A DNA stretch of 64,000 nt from Planctomycetota bacterium (GTDB lineage Bacteria > Planctomycetota > B15-G4 > SIAN01), in assembly GCA_031409275.1 (NCBI GenBank), contig JANNXA010000016.1, forward strand, positions 196,269-260,268. The letters are read 5' to 3'. The notes under the pieces are model-generated. The model was not told where the DNA came from, did no database searches, and saw only the letters and a program-made list of their open reading frames with translations. Positions 59,396 through 64,000 of this stretch are shown piece after piece. Position numbers and translations under genes: made by a program. Every line of letters starts with the position of its first letter. The stretch's first letter is position 1.

Positions 59396-60184
59396 TCACC
59401 CCTCCCGCAACCGAAACAACCCCCGCGCGTTCGCGGTCGTTTGCGCGCAGAACTCGGCGAGCGGCACGCCGCGCGTTCGCGCCAGCGACTCGGCCGTGTG
59501 GACCAGGTAGGCCGGCTCGTTCGGGCGGCCGCGCTTGGGGACGGGCGCGAGGAACGGCGCATCGGTCTCGACCACGATGCGATCGGCGGGCGCGGCGCGC
59601 GCGGCGGCGCGCAGGTCGTCGCGCTTGGGGTAGGTGACGATGCCGCTGAAGCTGATGAAGAAGCCCCACGAAAGCCACGGCTCGAGATCGGCCGCGCCAC
59701 CGTCGAAGCAATGCATCACGGCGCGCAGCCCCCGCGCGGCAAACGGAGCGAGCACCTCCGCCGTCGGCGCGAACGCCTGCCTCACATGGAGGATCAGCGG
59801 CAGGTCGCGCGCCAGCGCGAGCTCCGCGTGGCGCTGCAGCGAGTCGATCTGCTGCGGGAGCGCGGCGCGGTCGCGGTAGCAGTCGAGGCCGCTCTCGCCG
59901 ATCGCGACGACGCCTGGCTGCGCAGCGAGTTGCGCGATCACCTCGTGGTCGGCGGCGGTGGTGGCGGCAGTGTCGTTCGGGTGAATCCCGACCGCCGCGA
60001 AGAGGCCGCGCGCCGGGTCGGCGAGCTGCACCACGGCGCGCGAAGTCGCCACGTCGATCGCCGGGACCACCGCCTGGACGACGCCCGCGCCCTGCGCGCG
60101 CGCCCAGGCGGCGGCTGGCGCGGCCGCTTCGCCCTCGCCGAGGTAGAGGTGGCAGTGAGTGTCGATCAGCGCAGGCAGTGGCAT
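59396..60184 (-). CDS. tatD: TatD family hydrolase
   Basis: IDTHCH, VGIHP, IGESGLD, ILHVR, VMHCF, VETDAPFLAP, NEPA. Confidence 0.95.
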   Translation of the reverse strand: MPLPALIDTHCHLYLGEGEAAAPAAAWARAQGAGVVQAVVPAIDVATSRAVVQLADPARGLFAAVGIHPNDTAATTAADHEVIAQLAAQPGVVAIGESGLDCYRDRAALPQQIDSLQRHAELALARDLPLILHVRQAFAPTAEVLAPFAARGLRAVMHCFDGGAADLEPWLSWGFFISFSGIVTYPKRDDLRAAARAAPADRIVVETDAPFLAPVPKRGRPNEPAYLVHTAESLARTRGVPLAEFCAQTTANARGLFRLREG

Positions 60185-60426
60185 GGGCCGCGGATCATGC
60201 CGTCGCCCCGGCGTTGCCGGACGCGCGCGCCGTTTTCGCATGGAGCGGCGCTCGGACGGCGTCTCAAGTCGGACGCTGCCAAAAGTCGAAGGGGGACCGT
60301 CGGGCGTGCCAACGCCCAACGGGGATGGGAAAACCTCGGGCCGGACCTGGTGGGCGGCGCACTGCGTCGACCCGCCGGGCCGGACCCAGGGGTTCGATCG
60401 GTTCGCTACAGTCGCGCGCCAATTCG

Positions 60427-61179
60427 ATGCGCTTCCTCCCTCTCGCCCACCCGCTCGCCGTCGCCGCCGCTGCCGCCGACCTCCTCGCTGAAGTCGTCGC
60501 CCGCGAGCCGCGCGCCCGCGTCATCCTCCCGGCCGGCAAGACGCCGCTGCTGCTGTTCGCGGAGCTGTCGCGCCGCGCGCGCTCGGGCGAACTGTCGCTG
60601 CGCGACGTTCGCTTCTTCCAGCTCGACGAGTACGTGGGCCCCGGTCCGCGCGATCCGCGGAGCTTCCACGCGCTGCTGCGCCGCGAGCTGCTCGACCCTC
60701 TCGGCCGCGCCGAAGGGCGCGACGCGTTGATCGATGGCAGCGCGCGCGATCCGGCCGCCGAGATCGCCCGCCATGCGCGCGCACTCGTCGACGCGGGGGG
60801 CGCGCACGTCGCGTTCCTGGGCATCGGCACGAACGGTCACGTCGCCTTCAACGAGCCCGGCACGCGCCGCGACGAGGGCGCGCGGGTGGTGCCGCTCGCC
60901 GACGCGACGCGCCGAGTCGCCGCGGCTGAATTCGCGCCGGACGCGCCGCCCACCACCGGCATCACGCTGGGGCTCGCGGAGATCGGCGCGGCGCAGCGAA
61001 TCGGGCTGATGGCCACCGGCGCCGGGAAAGCCGCGATCGTTGCGGCGCTGTTCGATCAGCCGGCAAGCTCCGATCGCCCCGCGTCGCTGCTGTGCGACCA
61101 CCCCGATTTCACGCTCTTCGCTGACGCGGATGCTGCGGCAGCGACTGGACGCCGCCACCGCACCGCCGGCCCGAGCTGA
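60427..61179 (+). CDS. nagB: Glucosamine-6-phosphate deaminase-like
   Basis: LPAGKTP, FQLDEYVG, LGIGTNGHVAFNEPG, GITLG, PASLL..HP. Confidence 0.88.
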   Translation: MRFLPLAHPLAVAAAAADLLAEVVAREPRARVILPAGKTPLLLFAELSRRARSGELSLRDVRFFQLDEYVGPGPRDPRSFHALLRRELLDPLGRAEGRDALIDGSARDPAAEIARHARALVDAGGAHVAFLGIGTNGHVAFNEPGTRRDEGARVVPLADATRRVAAAEFAPDAPPTTGITLGLAEIGAAQRIGLMATGAGKAAIVAALFDQPASSDRPASLLCDHPDFTLFADADAAAATGRRHRTAGPS

Positions 61180-61185
61180 CGGCGC

Positions 61186-62421
61186 ATGGACGATCCCGCC
61201 CTCGCGCGCCCCGCACCGCGCCGGCTGCCGCGCACCGTCGTCGCGCTGGGCATCGTCTCGCTCTTCACCGATGCGTCGGCCGAGATGATCGTGCCGCTGC
61301 TGCCGGCGTTCCTGCTGGCCCTCGGTGGAACGGCGCAGACACTGGCGCTGATCGAAGGGGTCGCGGACACGACGGCGGGGCTGTTCCGGCTGATCTCGGG
61401 CTCGCTCGCCGATCGCGCGCGGCGCAAGAAGCCGCTGATCGTCGCCGGTTACGCGCTGTCGTCGACGGCGCGGCCGTTGATGGCGCTGGCGCTGTGGCCG
61501 TGGCACGTGCTGCTCGTTCGATTCCTCGATCGCGTCGGCAAAGGGATGCGCGGCAGCCCGCGCGACGCGTTGGTGGCCGAGATCACCCCGCCGTCGCAGC
61601 GCGGCCGCGCGTTCGGGCTGCATCGCGCGCTCGACAACGCCGGCAACGTGGTCGGGCCGTTGGTGGCGTTTGGCTATTTGTCGACGTTGGCCGGCAAGCC
61701 GACCGTCCCTGAGCTGCGCACGCTATTCGGGTTGGCGGCGATCCCTGCGGCGCTCGCGCTGCTGACGTTGCTGTTCGTGGTGAAGGAGCCGGCGCGCCCG
61801 GCAGCGGTCGGTCCACCCGCGCCGCGTCCCCCCTTCTCGATCCGCCCGCCCGCGGTGCCGGCGCTGCGCCGTTTCCTCGGCGCCCACTTCCTGTTCGGGC
61901 TCGGCGAGTCGACTGACGCTTTCCTGCTGCTGCGCGCGGCGCAGCTCGGCGTGCCGCTGGCTCACCTGCCGCTCTTCCCGGCGCTGTTGGCGGCCGTGCG
62001 CGCGCTGCTCTCCTCGCCGCTTGGCGCGCTGTCGGACCGGGTGTCGCGCAAGGCGGTGATCGTCGCCGGCTGGATGCTCTACGCGCTGGTCTACGCCGGT
62101 TTCGCGATCGCGAGCGAGCCGTGGCACGCCTGGGCGCTGATCGCCATCTACGGGGTCCACTACTCGCTGATCGAAGGAGCCGAGCGCGCCTTCATCGCCG
62201 ACCTCGCGCCGGCCCACCAACGGGGCCGCGCGTTCGGTTCCTATCACTTCGTCACCGCGATGGTCGCCCTGCCAGCGTCGCTGCTGTTCGGCACGGTGAT
62301 GGACCGCGCGGGTGCACCGACCGCGTTCTTCGTAGGGGCGGGACTCGCCACCGCGGGCACCCTGGCGCTTCTCTTCGCAGTCCGTCCGCCGCCACGAGCT
62401 GAAGTTTCCCTGCCCGTTTGA
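61186..62421 (+). CDS. MFS transporter
   Basis: VSLFTDASAEMI, SGSLADR, DRVGKGMRGSPRDAL, GRAFGLHRALD. Confidence 0.93.
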   Translation: MDDPALARPAPRRLPRTVVALGIVSLFTDASAEMIVPLLPAFLLALGGTAQTLALIEGVADTTAGLFRLISGSLADRARRKKPLIVAGYALSSTARPLMALALWPWHVLLVRFLDRVGKGMRGSPRDALVAEITPPSQRGRAFGLHRALDNAGNVVGPLVAFGYLSTLAGKPTVPELRTLFGLAAIPAALALLTLLFVVKEPARPAAVGPPAPRPPFSIRPPAVPALRRFLGAHFLFGLGESTDAFLLLRAAQLGVPLAHLPLFPALLAAVRALLSSPLGALSDRVSRKAVIVAGWMLYALVYAGFAIASEPWHAWALIAIYGVHYSLIEGAERAFIADLAPAHQRGRAFGSYHFVTAMVALPASLLFGTVMDRAGAPTAFFVGAGLATAGTLALLFAVRPPPRAEVSLPV

Positions 62422-62567
62422 CCGAAAACGCCTTCCAACGTTCCGCGGCTTCACGCGTTCTTCATCGCACTACTCTCGAATGGTTTCTCGAAACCAGCCG
62501 AAGAGCGGGAAGGGCGAAGCCCGCAGCGGCGTCCCACCGTCTGCCTCCGCGGAATGGTTCGAGAATC

Positions 62568-62879
62568 ATGGCTGCCTACGAAGACTTCGAGTTCTTTCGC
62601 GCCGCGACATGGCGTGCCGCCAAGGCACCGCCGACGTCGATCCCGCACCTCGAGCCGGCGACTGCGACGCCGGTGGCGGCGACGCGCGGCCAGACCGACG
62701 CGCTGCGCGCCGAGCTCGAGCGACTGCACGTCGAAGTTCGCCGCATGCGGGCGCACGTGCGCGGCAAGGGGCGCCGGCCGTGGCATCGGCACGTGACCCG
62801 CTTCGTCTCGCGGCTGCTGCCCCTCGGCGGCAAGCGCGGCGCGAGCCGTCGCGCGCCGGCGTTGCGCGAGAGCGCCTGA
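62568..62879 (+). CDS. Small hypothetical protein with short coiled coil
   Basis: MAAYEDFEFF...LRAELERLHVEVRRMR; host-like codon bias. Confidence 0.5.
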   Translation: MAAYEDFEFFRAATWRAAKAPPTSIPHLEPATATPVAATRGQTDALRAELERLHVEVRRMRAHVRGKGRRPWHRHVTRFVSRLLPLGGKRGASRRAPALRESA

Positions 62880-62995
62880 GACCGACGCCGCTCAGATCCG
62901 GATGTCCTCGCCCTGGGGTGAGGAGCACGGTCGCCACCGCGATCACAGAGCCACTCAACTCGGCGGGTTCTCAATCCCGCACTCTCCGTCAAGCG

Positions 62996-63937
62996 TCACC
63001 GCTCCTTCGGCGTGGCAGCGACTCGAAACCCAAGTTGCGGATCCCAGTCACCCTCCTCGTGGAGGGAAGTGCGAAATACGCAATTGGCGATCTCAGCTCC
63101 GTACCGAAACGCGCCGCCCCGCGTCACGCGATGGCCGAAGCCGACCGAAGGACCCTGCGGATCGACGGCGATGCCCTCCCTGATGAGCGCATCGTAGTAG
63201 TCATCGTCGTCTGCGAGGTCGAAGCACCATTCCTGAACGTTGCCAAGCATGTCGAAGAGACCCCACTTGTTCGGAGCGCGAGTCATGACGTTGTGCGTTC
63301 GACCGTCGCTGTTCTCCCCGACCCACGCGCGATCGAGCACCGCATCGTTGCATTCCTCCGCTCGACCCGCGCGACATGCGACCTCCCACTCGGCTTCCGT
63401 TGGCAACCGAAGTCCCGCACGTCGGCAGAACTCCGCCGCCTCCAGCCAGGAAACTCGTTCCACGGGGAGGTAATCGCCGAGTTGGCTCGACGGATTACTC
63501 GCCATGTACTTCATCCACTGAAGCTGCGTCGTCTCATGTAGGGCGATCATGTACGCCGACAGCGCCACTCGATGCCTAGGAAAGTAGTACTCGCGACCAG
63601 AAGAAATGACTTGAGTAAGCTCGATCGAACCGACGTCATAGGTACCGGCAGGAACCAGGATGAACTCGATCCCTGTCTCGAGGTGGGAATAGACCCATGG
63701 GCCGTCGTGATTCGTTCGTCGAACGCACTCGAATCCGTCGAAAGTCGGGGCTCCCGTGCCACTGCTCTTGCACGAGGCGGGCGCAAGGAGCATGAACGCT
63801 ACCAGAGCGCTCACAAGCTTGGCCCAGCAAGAGAACTTCGAGGCCCATGGCGGCAGGGGCACGATCATCGGAGGCTCACGCGAAGCACTCGTCGTCGCAG
63901 TCGCATTCTCGATCGCTGCACGAGACGTGCGTTTCAT
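62996..63937 (-). CDS. FGE-sulfatase (SUMF1) domain protein, probable lipoprotein
   Basis: PVERVSW, RLPTEAEWEVACRAG, PNKWGLFDMLGNVQEWC, RGG, LGFRV; Cys after a hydrophobic stretch (LLAPASC); start may be ATG 63868. Confidence 0.9.
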   Translation of the reverse strand: MKRTSRAAIENATATTSASREPPMIVPLPPWASKFSCWAKLVSALVAFMLLAPASCKSSGTGAPTFDGFECVRRTNHDGPWVYSHLETGIEFILVPAGTYDVGSIELTQVISSGREYYFPRHRVALSAYMIALHETTQLQWMKYMASNPSSQLGDYLPVERVSWLEAAEFCRRAGLRLPTEAEWEVACRAGRAEECNDAVLDRAWVGENSDGRTHNVMTRAPNKWGLFDMLGNVQEWCFDLADDDDYYDALIREGIAVDPQGPSVGFGHRVTRGGAFRYGAEIANCVFRTSLHEEGDWDPQLGFRVAATPKER

Positions 63938-64000
63938 GCGTCACGGTTGGATACACGTGGATTGAAGCTTGACTCTCTCCAACAGTAACATGACACCAGC

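Noticed and set aside
60185..60426. glmS ribozyme upstream of nagB
   Set aside because: The conserved glmS core sequence is not recognisable.
62996..63200. DGR variable region in the FGE domain
   Set aside because: No template repeat or reverse transcriptase is visible in this window.

Overview
GC-rich bacterial DNA, most likely an uncultured Planctomycetota/PVC organism. This is inferred from its FG-GAP/ASPIC-UnbV proteins, TPR proteins, a squalene-cyclase-like repeat protein, a PVC-type haem-binding dehydrogenase with a multihaem partner, and many secreted proteins and lipoproteins. About 44 CDSs are recognisable, mostly envelope proteins, peptidases and housekeeping enzymes; I saw no rRNA, tRNA or CRISPR array. 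Product calls come from motif recognition by eye, not database searches. The less ordinary content: (1) a more AT-rich island at ~56.0-59.4 kb encoding a 12-cysteine secreted mini-protein, a membrane-anchored carboxypeptidase-regulatory-like protein and a MauE/DoxX CGC protein, facing an ECF sigma factor with a C10 tract in its first codons, which is a candidate disulfide-rich peptide maturation system; (2) three 160-175 bp MITEs with 4-bp target duplications and two unrelated terminal repeat types that share one covarying internal stem-loop; (3) a separate REPIN-like palindrome in three copies, one read in frame inside a gene's N-terminus; (4) a Schlafen/AlbA_2-HATPase gene between a MITE and a recombinase-site-like sequence; (5) a stand-alone lipoprotein LanC, a beta-propeller/di-haem fusion, a kinase lacking its ATP lid, an HExxH-less M48 homologue and an FG-GAP pseudogene.
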